DNA of 64,000 nt, taken from assembly GCA_021163295.1 (NCBI GenBank), contig JAGGXD010000186.1:5802-69801 (forward strand), read 5' to 3'. Position 1 is the first letter of the stretch. Each line of letters starts with the position of its first letter. The notes beneath the pieces are model-generated. The model saw only the letters and a program-made list of their open reading frames with translations, had not been told where the DNA came from and searched no databases. Below are positions 51,211 to 60,441 of this stretch, piece by piece. Made by a program: the position numbers and the translations under genes. This stretch comes from Bacteroidales bacterium (GTDB lineage: Bacteria; Bacteroidota; Bacteroidia; Bacteroidales; VadinHA17).

Positions 51211-52109
51211 TGTCAAATCTTTTAATCGTTATACTCGGACCAACAGGTATTGGAAAAACTGAAGTTGCTATAAAGGTTGCAACCGATCTTGATACATACA
51301 TTATTTCAGCAGATTCCAGACAGGTTTTCATGGAGCTTAATATTGGAACTGCTGTTCCTGCCCCATCTCAACTAAAAAAAGTTAAACACTATTTTATTCA
51401 ACATAAGTCAATACACGACTATTACAGTGCAAACATATATGAGCAAGAAGTTATTTCTTTACTGAAAAAACTATTCCCTGTAAGAGAAAAGGTAGTAATG
51501 ACCGGTGGTTCCGGACTTTATATCGATGCTGTTTGTGAGGGGATTGATGATATTCCTGATGTAGATCCTGAAATAAGAAGAAAAGTTGAGGAAAAGTTAA
51601 ATAGTGAAGGGGTTAGCAGTCTTAGGAACGATCTTCGGCTTCTCGATCCTGAATCATATAAAAAAGTCGATCTGAAAAACCCCAAGCGTATTCAGCGGGC
51701 AGTGGAAATTTGCTTATCAACCGGAAAACCATATTCCTATTTTCTTACATATAAAAACAAAAAGCGGGATTTTAAAATACTAAAAATCGGGCTGAACAGG
51801 AAAAGAAAAGAACTATATAAAATGATCAACAACCGGGTAGAAAAGATGGTAAAAGCCGGCCTTGTGGAGGAAGCAAAGAAATTTTACCAATACCGGAATT
51901 TAAATTCTCTTAATACCGTAGGCTACAAAGAACTGTTTGACCATTTTGACGGAAAGATAAATCTTGCTGAATCAATTGAATTGATAAAACGCAATACACG
52001 GCGATACGCCAAACGGCAGATCACCTGGTTCCAGAAAGATAAAAATATCCACTGGTTTGAACCTTTTCATATAGATAAAATACTCGAATTGATACACAAA
52101 GAAACTTAA
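51210..52109 (+). CDS. miaA: tRNA dimethylallyltransferase
   Basis: 299 aa with P-loop GPTGIGKT, SADSRQVF and TRRYAKRQITWF. The start overlaps the upstream stop (TAATG). Confidence 0.9.
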   Translation: MSNLLIVILGPTGIGKTEVAIKVATDLDTYIISADSRQVFMELNIGTAVPAPSQLKKVKHYFIQHKSIHDYYSANIYEQEVISLLKKLFPVREKVVMTGGSGLYIDAVCEGIDDIPDVDPEIRRKVEEKLNSEGVSSLRNDLRLLDPESYKKVDLKNPKRIQRAVEICLSTGKPYSYFLTYKNKKRDFKILKIGLNRKRKELYKMINNRVEKMVKAGLVEEAKKFYQYRNLNSLNTVGYKELFDHFDGKINLAESIELIKRNTRRYAKRQITWFQKDKNIHWFEPFHIDKILELIHKET

Positions 52110-52122
52110 TTTATAAGATCTC

Positions 52123-52215
52123 TCGCAAAGTCGCTAAGCCGCAAAGAATAAGGAAAATAATACTATTAATATTGAAATTCGTGCATTCGTGGCTTCTTAT
52201 ACTTTCGGAGTAGAC
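52123..52215. repeat. Octad word arrays TCGCAAAG TCGCTAAG CCGCAAAG ... ATTCGTGC ATTCGTGG CTTCTTAT ACTTTCGG (partly inverted)
   Basis: Read directly. Left (52123-52146) and right (52187-52209) arms are partially complementary: AAGCC/GGCTT and CAAAGT/ACTTTC. Confidence 0.7.
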
Positions 52216-52256
52216 TCAAAATTTATACATTTACAGCACATTAAAATTACTCCTTC

Positions 52257-53417
52257 TTGAAAAAGATATTGATCATAGGAACAGCTTATCCTTACCGGGG
52301 CGGACTTGCGGCATATAATGAAAGACTGGCTACGGAATTTATGAACAATGGCGAAGAGGTAACCATACACACATTCAAACTTCAGTATCCGGGATTCTTA
52401 TTCCCCGGAAAAAGTCAGTTTGCATCGTGGGATGCCCCCGAAAATCTTTCCATTAAACGAACTTTAAATTCAATAAATCCATTTAACTGGATATGGTTGG
52501 GCCGGAAAATTAAAAGGGAAAAACCCGATCTGGTTATCTTTAAATACTGGATCCCATTTATGGCTCCATGTTTTGGCACCATTGCCAGGATCATCAAGCA
52601 AAATAAGAAAACCCGTATTATTACTATTGTTGATAATATGATTCCGCATGAGAAGAGACCGGGTGATAAATTATTAAACCGTTATTTTGTAAAACCAATT
52701 GATGCATACATTGCTATGTCAGAACCGGTTCTCGGGGATATAAAGAATGTTGATCCGGAAAAACCAACAGCTCTTTCCCCTCATCCATTGTTTGATAATT
52801 TTGGTGATAAACTGTCAAAAGAAGAAGCACTGAATAAACTCGGTTTACCCGGTCAATATAAATATATATTGTTCTTTGGCTTTATTCGCGATTATAAGGG
52901 CCTTGATCTTTTATTAAAAGCCATAGCTGAAAAGGAGGTCAAAGATTTACCTGTAAAAGTACTTGTAGCCGGAGAATTTTATACAAAGCCTGATCCTTAT
53001 TATGACCTTATTAAACAGCTAAAAATTGAAGACCGGGTGATACTTAAAACCAATTTTATTGCCGACAGGGATGTGAAAAACTATTTCTGTGCTTCAGATC
53101 TTGTTGTTCAACCCTACAAATCTGCTACACAAAGTGGGGTTACACAGATAGCTTACCATTTCAACAAACCAATGATAGTAACTGATGTGGGCGGATTGGC
53201 TGAAATTGTTCCCGATGGAAAAACCGGTTATGTGGTTCAGCAGGACCCGGCAGCCATTGCAAAAGCAATTCATGCATTTTTTAGCGAAAATCGTTCAAAA
53301 GATTTTATTGAAAATATAAAAATCGAAAAGAAAAAATACTCCTGGTCGCGAATGGTTGAAACAATTGAAACAATTTATAAATCGATAAACAATCAGCATA
53401 ATGATAATAAGAAGTAA
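52257..53417 (+). CDS. Glycosyltransferase family 4 (group 1)
   Basis: 386 aa. The C-terminal GT-B motif is present (ASDLVVQPYKSATQSGVTQIAYHFNKPMIVTDVGGLAEIV). TTG start (MKKILIIGTAYPYRGG). Confidence 0.8.
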   Translation: MKKILIIGTAYPYRGGLAAYNERLATEFMNNGEEVTIHTFKLQYPGFLFPGKSQFASWDAPENLSIKRTLNSINPFNWIWLGRKIKREKPDLVIFKYWIPFMAPCFGTIARIIKQNKKTRIITIVDNMIPHEKRPGDKLLNRYFVKPIDAYIAMSEPVLGDIKNVDPEKPTALSPHPLFDNFGDKLSKEEALNKLGLPGQYKYILFFGFIRDYKGLDLLLKAIAEKEVKDLPVKVLVAGEFYTKPDPYYDLIKQLKIEDRVILKTNFIADRDVKNYFCASDLVVQPYKSATQSGVTQIAYHFNKPMIVTDVGGLAEIVPDGKTGYVVQQDPAAIAKAIHAFFSENRSKDFIENIKIEKKKYSWSRMVETIETIYKSINNQHNDNKK

Positions 53418-54423
53418 AGCCCCATTACGACTTGGACTTGCCGGAGGAGGTTCAGATGTGTCTCCTTTCTCCGATCTGTTTGGAGGTGCAATACTAAATG
53501 CAACTATCAATAAATTCGCATATGCAACACTTATTCCACGTACAGATGGGAAAATTATATTAAATTCCATTGACAGGAAAAAACTTGTTTCACTCAAAAG
53601 CACAAAAATATTAAACCCTGATGGAACACTTGACCTGGTAAAAGGCATATATAATCGTATTGTCAAAGATTTTACACATACTCCCCTGTCATTCGAATTG
53701 ATCACCCATGTTGATGCCCCTCCGGGATCCGGATTAGGCAGCTCATCTACCCTGGTAATTGCTATACTGGGTGCTTTTTGTGAATGGCTTAAATTGCCAC
53801 TCGGAGAATATGATCTTGCCAACCTTGCCTATCAGATAGAGAGAATAGATCTTGAAATGGCGGGGGGAAAACAGGATCAGTACGCAGCTACTTTCGGGGG
53901 TGTTAATTTCATGGAGTTCTATAAAGATGAAAAAGTCATTGTAAATCCGTTAAGAATTAAAGAGCAGGTAACAGACGAGTTAGCTTATAAAATGGTGCTT
54001 TTTAATACCGAATCCAGCCGGTTCTCATCCACAATCATCAATGAGCAGGTAAAAAATGTAAAAAAGCAGAAAAAAAGTTCTGTTGAAGCAATGCACAACA
54101 TAAAAAAACTTGCTGTACAAATGAAAGAAGCCCTGCTGAAAAACGAGCTTGATAAAATTGGCGGGATACTGCATAGCAGCTGGCATTATAAACGTGAAAT
54201 GGCAGAAAATATTAGCAATCCGGCTCTCGAATCTATTTATGAAAGAGCACTAAAAGCAGGTGCAACAGGAGGGAAAATATCAGGTGCCGGCGGAGGGGGA
54301 TATATGTTTTTCTATTGCCCCGGCAATACACGCCACAATGTAATTGAAGTACTAAATAAGAACGGCGGACATGTACAGGAATATGAATTCACTAAAACAG
54401 GTCTGAAAACGTGGGGAGTGTGA
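53401..54423 (+). CDS. GHMP-family sugar kinase (HddA-like, heptose/hexose 1-kinase type)
   Basis: 340 aa with RSKAPLRLGLAGGGSD and the GHMP motif PPGSGLGSSSTLVIAILGA. Overlaps the GT4 gene by 17 nt. Confidence 0.7.
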   Translation: MIIRSKAPLRLGLAGGGSDVSPFSDLFGGAILNATINKFAYATLIPRTDGKIILNSIDRKKLVSLKSTKILNPDGTLDLVKGIYNRIVKDFTHTPLSFELITHVDAPPGSGLGSSSTLVIAILGAFCEWLKLPLGEYDLANLAYQIERIDLEMAGGKQDQYAATFGGVNFMEFYKDEKVIVNPLRIKEQVTDELAYKMVLFNTESSRFSSTIINEQVKNVKKQKKSSVEAMHNIKKLAVQMKEALLKNELDKIGGILHSSWHYKREMAENISNPALESIYERALKAGATGGKISGAGGGGYMFFYCPGNTRHNVIEVLNKNGGHVQEYEFTKTGLKTWGV

Positions 54424-54424
54424 A

Positions 54425-55114
54425 ATGACTGAAGAAGTAATTATACTTGCAGGTGGTTTGGGAACCAGGTTAAAGAGTGTTATCAGTGACATTCCCAAGC
54501 CAATGGCTCCAATTCATGGTAAGCCTTTTTTGGAATACCTCCTCTCCTACCTGGTTAAATTCAAAATAAAAAAAGCTGTGCTTTCAGTCGGATATAAATA
54601 CCAAAATATATTCGATTATTTCGGTGATAATTATAAAGGAATAAAGCTATTATATGCCATTGAAGATAAACCTCTTGGCACCGGAGGAGGAATAAGAAAT
54701 GCCATGGATCATATAAATAATGATCACTTTTTTCTCATTAATGGCGATACTTTTTATGATGTCGATCTTGATAAACTTCACCATTTACATGTTGAAGAAA
54801 AAGCTAATATTACTTTGTCGCTATTACCAATGGAGAAATTCAGAAGGTATGGTTCTGTGAAGTTAAACGGAACAAAAATTACAGAATTTATACCAAAGAA
54901 ATTTACAGAAAAAGGGTTGATAAATGGCGGTGTGTATGTTGTTAACCGATCGGTTTTTCAAGAATATTCTCCTGGTAATAAGTTTTCATTCGAGACAGAC
55001 TTTCTTCAGGTAATGTGCAACAGGCTCAACTTCCACGGTTATATTTCAGAGGCTCCATTTATTGATATTGGGGTACCTGAAGACTATAAGAAGGCCTTGG
55101 AATATTTCAGTTAA
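54425..55114 (+). CDS. Sugar-1-phosphate nucleotidyltransferase (HddC/GlmU-N-like)
   Basis: 229 aa with the signature ILAGGLGTRLKSVISDIPKPMAPI. Starts 1 nt after the kinase stop. Confidence 0.75.
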   Translation: MTEEVIILAGGLGTRLKSVISDIPKPMAPIHGKPFLEYLLSYLVKFKIKKAVLSVGYKYQNIFDYFGDNYKGIKLLYAIEDKPLGTGGGIRNAMDHINNDHFFLINGDTFYDVDLDKLHHLHVEEKANITLSLLPMEKFRRYGSVKLNGTKITEFIPKKFTEKGLINGGVYVVNRSVFQEYSPGNKFSFETDFLQVMCNRLNFHGYISEAPFIDIGVPEDYKKALEYFS

Positions 55115-56057
55115 TCTCTTTTTCTATCTGATATTGATTGCGTTGAGGGGATATCCGTGAGATGAGATCACCCAGGAATCCTGCAAGAAACAGTTGTGTT
55201 CCAATTATCATTGCTGTAAGCGCAAGATAGAAATACGGACTTGCAGTAACCCTGCCGGCTGCAATGTTATTTACAGTTTGATATATTCTTACCCCGCCAA
55301 GCCATCCGGCTGCCAAAAATCCAATAAGGAACATCAGGGTTCCCATGGTACCAAAAAGGTGCATGGGCCGCTTACCATATCTTGAGAAGAAACTGATTGT
55401 CAACAGATCAAGGAATCCTTTTAAAAACCGGTTTATTCCAAATTTCGTAACACCATATTTCCTTTTTTGATGCTGTACCACTTTTTCTCCAATTTTTGTA
55501 AACCCTGCCTGCCTGGCAAGGACAGGAATGTACCTGTGCATTTCACCAAAAACTTCAATATTTTTTATTACTTCCTTTTTATATGCTTTTAGTCCACAAT
55601 TAAAATCATGTAAAGGAATACCGGTTACACCGCGGGCTGTTCTGTTAAAGAATTTGCTTGGCAGTGTTTTGGTAAATGGATCAAACCGTTTCTTTTTCCA
55701 ACCGGAAACAAGATCATAATTCTCCTTTATTATCATACTGTACAACCCTGGGATTTCATCAGGACTATCCTGCAAATCAGCATCCATAGTAATAACCACA
55801 TTCCCATTTGCAGAGCAGAAGCCACTGTGGAGAGCAGCCGACTTACCATAGTTTTTTCTGAATTTAATACCCCGGACAAAACTATTTTCTGATGTTAATT
55901 TCTCAATAACCGTCCATGACAAGTCAGTACTTCCATCATCGACTAATATTATCTCAAATGAAAACTTCTGGCTAACACACACATTCTCAATCCAACTTAC
56001 CAATTCAGGAAGTGATTCTTCCTCATTGAAAAGGGGAACTACTACTGTAATATCCAT
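55107..56057 (-). CDS. Glycosyltransferase family 2, polyprenyl-phosphate glycosyltransferase type (GtrB/ArnC-like)
   Basis: 316 aa with VVVPLFNEE, VDDGSTD and DADLQD motifs, plus two C-terminal TM helices. Confidence 0.8.
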   Translation of the reverse strand: MDITVVVPLFNEEESLPELVSWIENVCVSQKFSFEIILVDDGSTDLSWTVIEKLTSENSFVRGIKFRKNYGKSAALHSGFCSANGNVVITMDADLQDSPDEIPGLYSMIIKENYDLVSGWKKKRFDPFTKTLPSKFFNRTARGVTGIPLHDFNCGLKAYKKEVIKNIEVFGEMHRYIPVLARQAGFTKIGEKVVQHQKRKYGVTKFGINRFLKGFLDLLTISFFSRYGKRPMHLFGTMGTLMFLIGFLAAGWLGGVRIYQTVNNIAAGRVTASPYFYLALTAMIIGTQLFLAGFLGDLISRISPQRNQYQIEKEIN

Positions 56058-56075
56058 AAATTAAGTAAACCTATA

Positions 56076-56630
56076 CTATTCAGCTTTTTCTTCAGGTTCT
56101 TTTGTTTCCTGTTGAAAAGGGTTGCCTTCTTTCTTAAGAAAAATAGAAGTGATCAGGGAAACAACGACACCGAAAAACACATAATTAATAACCGCACCTA
56201 TAGACAATATCCATGGTGCCATAAATTTCTTCTGCATCTCCATTGTCTGGTCAATCATCTCTTCAGGAACTCTGCCACTTTTAATAAGATTTTCTTCAGT
56301 ATAAGTCAGCAATTTACCCATCAGGTCAGTATCAATGACTTCATATAACAAATATGTAAATATTGCCCCGATTATCCCGGCATATAAGCCAATTACTGTT
56401 CCGGCACCTACACCCTGACCATACGACATTATTCCCCCTCTTGCGTCATCGCGGAATGATTTGACCCCAAGCACCAAACCGGCAATAATGATCAGGATAG
56501 AAATATAGCCTAATGTTTTATTAAAGGTTTGATCAAGAAAATATAAAAGGAGAGTGTAAATAACGAGTGCAAGTCCAAGAATCAGACCTGAATTTAAAGT
56601 TGCTTGCCAAACTGAAACTTTCTTTTCCAT
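56076..56630 (-). CDS. DUF4199-family membrane protein
   Basis: 184 aa with 4 TM helices. The N-terminal WQATLNSGLILGLALVIYTLLLYF pattern recalls DUF4199. Confidence 0.5.
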   Translation of the reverse strand: MEKKVSVWQATLNSGLILGLALVIYTLLLYFLDQTFNKTLGYISILIIIAGLVLGVKSFRDDARGGIMSYGQGVGAGTVIGLYAGIIGAIFTYLLYEVIDTDLMGKLLTYTEENLIKSGRVPEEMIDQTMEMQKKFMAPWILSIGAVINYVFFGVVVSLITSIFLKKEGNPFQQETKEPEEKAE

Positions 56631-56712
56631 AATTAATAGTTTTTTGTTATACCTGACAAATATAAACTTTTTTGCACATTTTTAATAAACAGACAATAAG
56701 AATCAGTATCAG

Positions 56713-56743
56713 TTTGCAGTATGAATAAAAGTTACTAATTTTG
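56713..56743 (+). promoter_or_regulatory. Canonical Bacteroidota promoter of the SRP RNA gene
   Basis: TTTG (56713-56716), a 19-nt spacer, then TAATTTTG (56736-56743). It ends 4 nt before the predicted 5' end of the SRP RNA helix. Confidence 0.55.
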
Positions 56744-56747
56744 TACC

Positions 56748-56844
56748 GGGTAAGTCTTATACGGCCAGCTCCTGCTGAACTCCCCCAGGACCGGAAGGTA
56801 GCAAGGGTAAGTGGTTGTAGCGGTGCGATATAAGTAGCTTACCC
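56748..56844 (+). ncRNA. ffs: Signal recognition particle RNA (small/4.5S type)
   Basis: Conserved domain IV core CCCAGGACCGGAAGGTAGCAAGGGTAAG with a GGAA tetraloop. The terminal helix is GGGTAAG...CTTACCC. Followed by a T-run. Ends are +/- a few nt. Confidence 0.8.
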
Positions 56845-56863
56845 ACTTTTTTTGGAGTAAAAA

Positions 56864-56891
56864 GTTGAAAGTTGAAAGTTGAAAGTTAAGC
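56864..56891. repeat. Heptad array GTTGAAA x3 + GTTAAGC
   Basis: Exact tandem copies are read directly. TGA occurs at 56866, 56873 and 56880, which covers all three frames. Confidence 0.9.
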
Positions 56892-56922
56892 TTTTTGCCT
56901 TTCTTTAAACAATTATTACAAG

Positions 56923-57537
56923 ATGCTGGTTAAAATTTACCCGGAAAATCCTAGCGAAAAGCTTTTAGAAGAAGTAGTAAAAACACTTGATGATGGTGGG
57001 CTGATAATATATCCTACCGATACTGTTTACGGACTGGGATGTGATTTAAAAAATCACCGTGCTGTTGAGAAAGTGGCACGTATCAAGGGAGTAGATCCGT
57101 CAAAATCCGACTTCTCTGTTATCTTTCATGACTTAAGCCACCTTTCAAAGTACACAAAACAAGTTAATAACGATATTTTCAAATTAATGAAAAAGAACCT
57201 TCCCGGTCCTTTTACATTTATCCTGCACGCTAATAATCAGGTACCTAAAATTTTCAAAACCAAAAAGAAAACCATTGGGATACGGATCCCTGATAATAAT
57301 ATTGTACTCGAAATAGTCCGCCGCTTGGGAAGACCAATTATTACAACCTCAATCCACGACCCTGATGATGTTATTGAATATACTACTGATCCTGAGTTGA
57401 TATTCGAAAAATACAGGGATTTGGTTGATATCGTTATTGATGGCGGCTATGGGAAAAATGAGGCATCAACAGTAATTGATTGCACAGGTGACGAACCTGT
57501 AGTTGTAAGAGAAGGATTAGGACAAGTCAGGGGTTAA
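56923..57537 (+). CDS. tsaC: L-threonylcarbamoyladenylate synthase (TsaC/YrdC family)
   Basis: 204 aa. IIYPTDTVYGLGCD, LPGPFTFIL and IGIRIPD are YrdC-domain motifs. Confidence 0.85.
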   Translation: MLVKIYPENPSEKLLEEVVKTLDDGGLIIYPTDTVYGLGCDLKNHRAVEKVARIKGVDPSKSDFSVIFHDLSHLSKYTKQVNNDIFKLMKKNLPGPFTFILHANNQVPKIFKTKKKTIGIRIPDNNIVLEIVRRLGRPIITTSIHDPDDVIEYTTDPELIFEKYRDLVDIVIDGGYGKNEASTVIDCTGDEPVVVREGLGQVRG

Positions 57538-57552
57538 GACTTTACAATTGGC

Positions 57553-59001
57553 CTACTTCTTCCAGAATGATGGTGAGAATATTACAAGAATTGTAAACAA
57601 TTCAAGCCGGCCCAATAACATAAGAAATGAAAGGAACCACTTTCCGAAAACCGGGATATGAGAGTAATTTTCAGCAGGTCCTACTGCCCCTATCCCCGGC
57701 CCTATATTGCCAAGAGTAGCTGCTACAGCCCCAAAAGATGAATCCAGATCATAACCCAGAAATGAAATAACAATTACTCCAAAAACAGTAATTAGTAAAT
57801 AGAATATTATAAATGCCATAATATTTGAGATAATCTGCGAAGAAACAGACCGATGATTAAACCTGGCAGGCAATACTGCATTCGGATGGATCATCCTTTT
57901 CAATTCAAGCCAGCTATTCTTTAATAACAAAAGTATCCTCATCATCTTAATACTTCCACCTGTTGAACCTGCAGAACCACCGGTGAACATGAGCATAAGA
58001 ATAATTACCCATAAAAATGGAACCCACCTGGAATAATCTGCTGTCACAAACCCGGTAGTTGTTACAATTGAAACAACCTGGAATACTGCATTCCTGAATG
58101 ATCCTTCAACAGACAGATTTTCAGTAAAATAAAGAACCATCGACACAATAGAAGTAATACCCAGCAACAGCCCAACATAGAAGCGAAATTCTTCATTCTT
58201 CCATACTTTTCTAAACTTAAAGTGAAGTGCAAAGTATGAGAGCGTAAAGTTTGTACCTGCCAGGAACATAAAAAACGTAATAACATACTGGATGTAAGGT
58301 GAGGCATAAAATGCTATACTTGCTTGTTTAGTTGAATAACCACCGGTTGCCATAGTTGTAAATGAGTGATTAATAGCATCAAACAAGTTCATATCCCCGC
58401 ACAACAATAATATAGCTTCAAGTCCGGTAAAAATTATATAAATACCCCAAAGGCGAGTAGCAGTAGCTTTTATTCTGGGATGAAGTTTATCGGGTGTTGG
58501 TCCCGGAACTTCAGCGACAAATAATTGCATACCCCCGATACCCAGAATAGGCAGAATAGCAATTGAAAGGACAATAATTCCCATACCACCTATCCACTGT
58601 GTCATACTACGCCAAAGCAATAACCCGTGCGACATCGATTCAATATCATTAAGAATTGATGCACCGGTAGTTGTAAAACCTGACATAGTTTCGAAAAATG
58701 CATCTGTAAAATCAGGGATCTCACCACTAAGTACGAATGGGAGACTACCGAAAAAAGAAAAAATAATCCAGGCAAATGCAACAATAATATACCCTTCACG
58801 CTTACCAAAATTTATTGGTGCCTTTAAAAAAAATATCCATGCAAGACCTCCGGACAAAATAGAGATACCTGAAGAAATCATTATAGGAAACAGGTCAGGA
58901 TCATGATAATACAAAGAAAAAGGAACTGCGAAAAGCATAAAAAGCCCTTCCAGTAAGAGAAGCAATCCCAGTACTTTTAAGATAATCCTGAAATTTATCA
59001 T
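57553..59001 (-). CDS. trkH: Trk-type K+ transporter membrane subunit
   Basis: 482 aa and polytopic. Repeated selectivity-filter-like motifs: GFTTTGAS, MATGGYS, TTTGF and TGGSAGSTGGSIK. Confidence 0.9.
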   Translation of the reverse strand: MINFRIILKVLGLLLLLEGLFMLFAVPFSLYYHDPDLFPIMISSGISILSGGLAWIFFLKAPINFGKREGYIIVAFAWIIFSFFGSLPFVLSGEIPDFTDAFFETMSGFTTTGASILNDIESMSHGLLLWRSMTQWIGGMGIIVLSIAILPILGIGGMQLFVAEVPGPTPDKLHPRIKATATRLWGIYIIFTGLEAILLLCGDMNLFDAINHSFTTMATGGYSTKQASIAFYASPYIQYVITFFMFLAGTNFTLSYFALHFKFRKVWKNEEFRFYVGLLLGITSIVSMVLYFTENLSVEGSFRNAVFQVVSIVTTTGFVTADYSRWVPFLWVIILMLMFTGGSAGSTGGSIKMMRILLLLKNSWLELKRMIHPNAVLPARFNHRSVSSQIISNIMAFIIFYLLITVFGVIVISFLGYDLDSSFGAVAATLGNIGPGIGAVGPAENYSHIPVFGKWFLSFLMLLGRLELFTILVIFSPSFWKK

Positions 59002-59013
59002 TATATAGTTATA

Positions 59014-60366
59014 CTAGAAGAAACTTTCAATTTTGTTTATAGCAGGCGGAAGGGCAAAAACAACAACCCGGTCATTTGCTTCAACCCTGGACTTACCCGT
59101 AGCAATAAAACTTGTTTTACCTCTGATAATACCTCCTATCAGGGCATCCTTAGGAAAATTAATATCCTGCAGAGAACCTTTTGTTATTTTCGATTTGGGT
59201 TTTGCAACAAACTCAAGTACCTCAGCATCAGTACCAGTAAGACACTTGATCATGGAAACATTGGCACTCATAGTAAATCGTGATATCCGGCTGGCAGTGA
59301 TAAGTTTCTTGTTTATTATCGTATCAATTCCCATATTCTCGGCAAGATTAATATATTCTATATTCTCAACCTCGGCAATAGTTTTCTTTACACCCATTTT
59401 CCTGGCAAGCTGGCAAGAGAGAATATTTGCTTCAGAATTACCTGTAACTGCAATAAAAGCATCCATGTTCTGCAATCCCTCGGAATTAAGCAGGTCAACA
59501 TCACGGCCATCGCCATTTATCACAAGCGTATTTTCAAGAATATCTGCTAGTTGTATACTTTTAACCTTATCAATCTCAATAAGTTTTATCTGGTATTCGT
59601 TTTCAAGCCTTAAAGCAGTAAGCTTACCAATCCGGCTACCTCCAAGTATCATAAGATTCCTTATACCATAATGTTGCTTGCCGGAATATCTCAGAACATC
59701 TTTTAACCCGGCTTTGTTTGATACAACATATACCGTATCATGCAGTTCAAACTTATCACCACCACGTGGTATAATTGTTTCCCCATCGCGGGTAATAGCC
59801 ACTGCCCTGTAATTAAGGGTACTTTCATTCTGTGTAACTTCCTGCAATGTCTTATTAATAATAAGTGCTTCTTTTTCAAGTTTCAAAACGAACAAAGAAA
59901 GCATCCCCCCTGTAAAGTCAATAAACTCAGTCGTTCCTGTTTTACGTAACAAACCAATTATCTCGCGTGAGGCTATCTTTTCCGGATAAATAAGATAATC
60001 AATTCCCAGGCTTCTGAAAAGCTCAATGTTTGAACCCTTATGATACTCATTATTATCAATACGGGCAACTGTCATTTTAGCGCCTAGTTTTTTTCCAAGA
60101 ATAGCAGCTGTAATATTTGTGTGCTCGGTATTTGCAACAGCAATAAATAAATCAGCCCTTTTTATTCCCGATTCTTCAAGAAGTTCAATTGAAGTAGCCG
60201 AACCAGCCATAACCATAACATCTAATGATGAGTCAATTGAATGCAACTTTTCCTCATCAGGATCAATAACCACAATATCATGGTTCTCATTACTAAGAAT
60301 CCTTGCAAGATGTGTCCCAACTTCCCCGGCACCTCCAATAATAATCCTCATTGATTTATTTTTCAT
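59014..60366 (-). CDS. trkA: Trk system NAD-binding subunit
   Basis: 450 aa with two RCK/TrkA-N domains (IIGGAGEVG and ILGGSRIG). An alternative ATG lies at 60351. Confidence 0.9.
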   Translation of the reverse strand: MKNKSMRIIIGGAGEVGTHLARILSNENHDIVVIDPDEEKLHSIDSSLDVMVMAGSATSIELLEESGIKRADLFIAVANTEHTNITAAILGKKLGAKMTVARIDNNEYHKGSNIELFRSLGIDYLIYPEKIASREIIGLLRKTGTTEFIDFTGGMLSLFVLKLEKEALIINKTLQEVTQNESTLNYRAVAITRDGETIIPRGGDKFELHDTVYVVSNKAGLKDVLRYSGKQHYGIRNLMILGGSRIGKLTALRLENEYQIKLIEIDKVKSIQLADILENTLVINGDGRDVDLLNSEGLQNMDAFIAVTGNSEANILSCQLARKMGVKKTIAEVENIEYINLAENMGIDTIINKKLITASRISRFTMSANVSMIKCLTGTDAEVLEFVAKPKSKITKGSLQDINFPKDALIGGIIRGKTSFIATGKSRVEANDRVVVFALPPAINKIESFF

Positions 60367-60441
60367 AATTCTTTAACAGTCTGGCAAATTAAAGGATAAT
60401 CAAAACAATTAACCAATATTTTTACAGGAATTTTTCATAAT

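Noticed and set aside
53295-53822. 175-aa minus-strand ORF spanning the GT4/GHMP-kinase junction
   Set aside because: It is antisense to two well-supported genes and has no motifs.
59033-59671. 212-aa + strand ORF opposite trkA; likewise 60119-60376
   Set aside because: They are antisense shadows of trkA with low-complexity Ser/Ile-rich translation.
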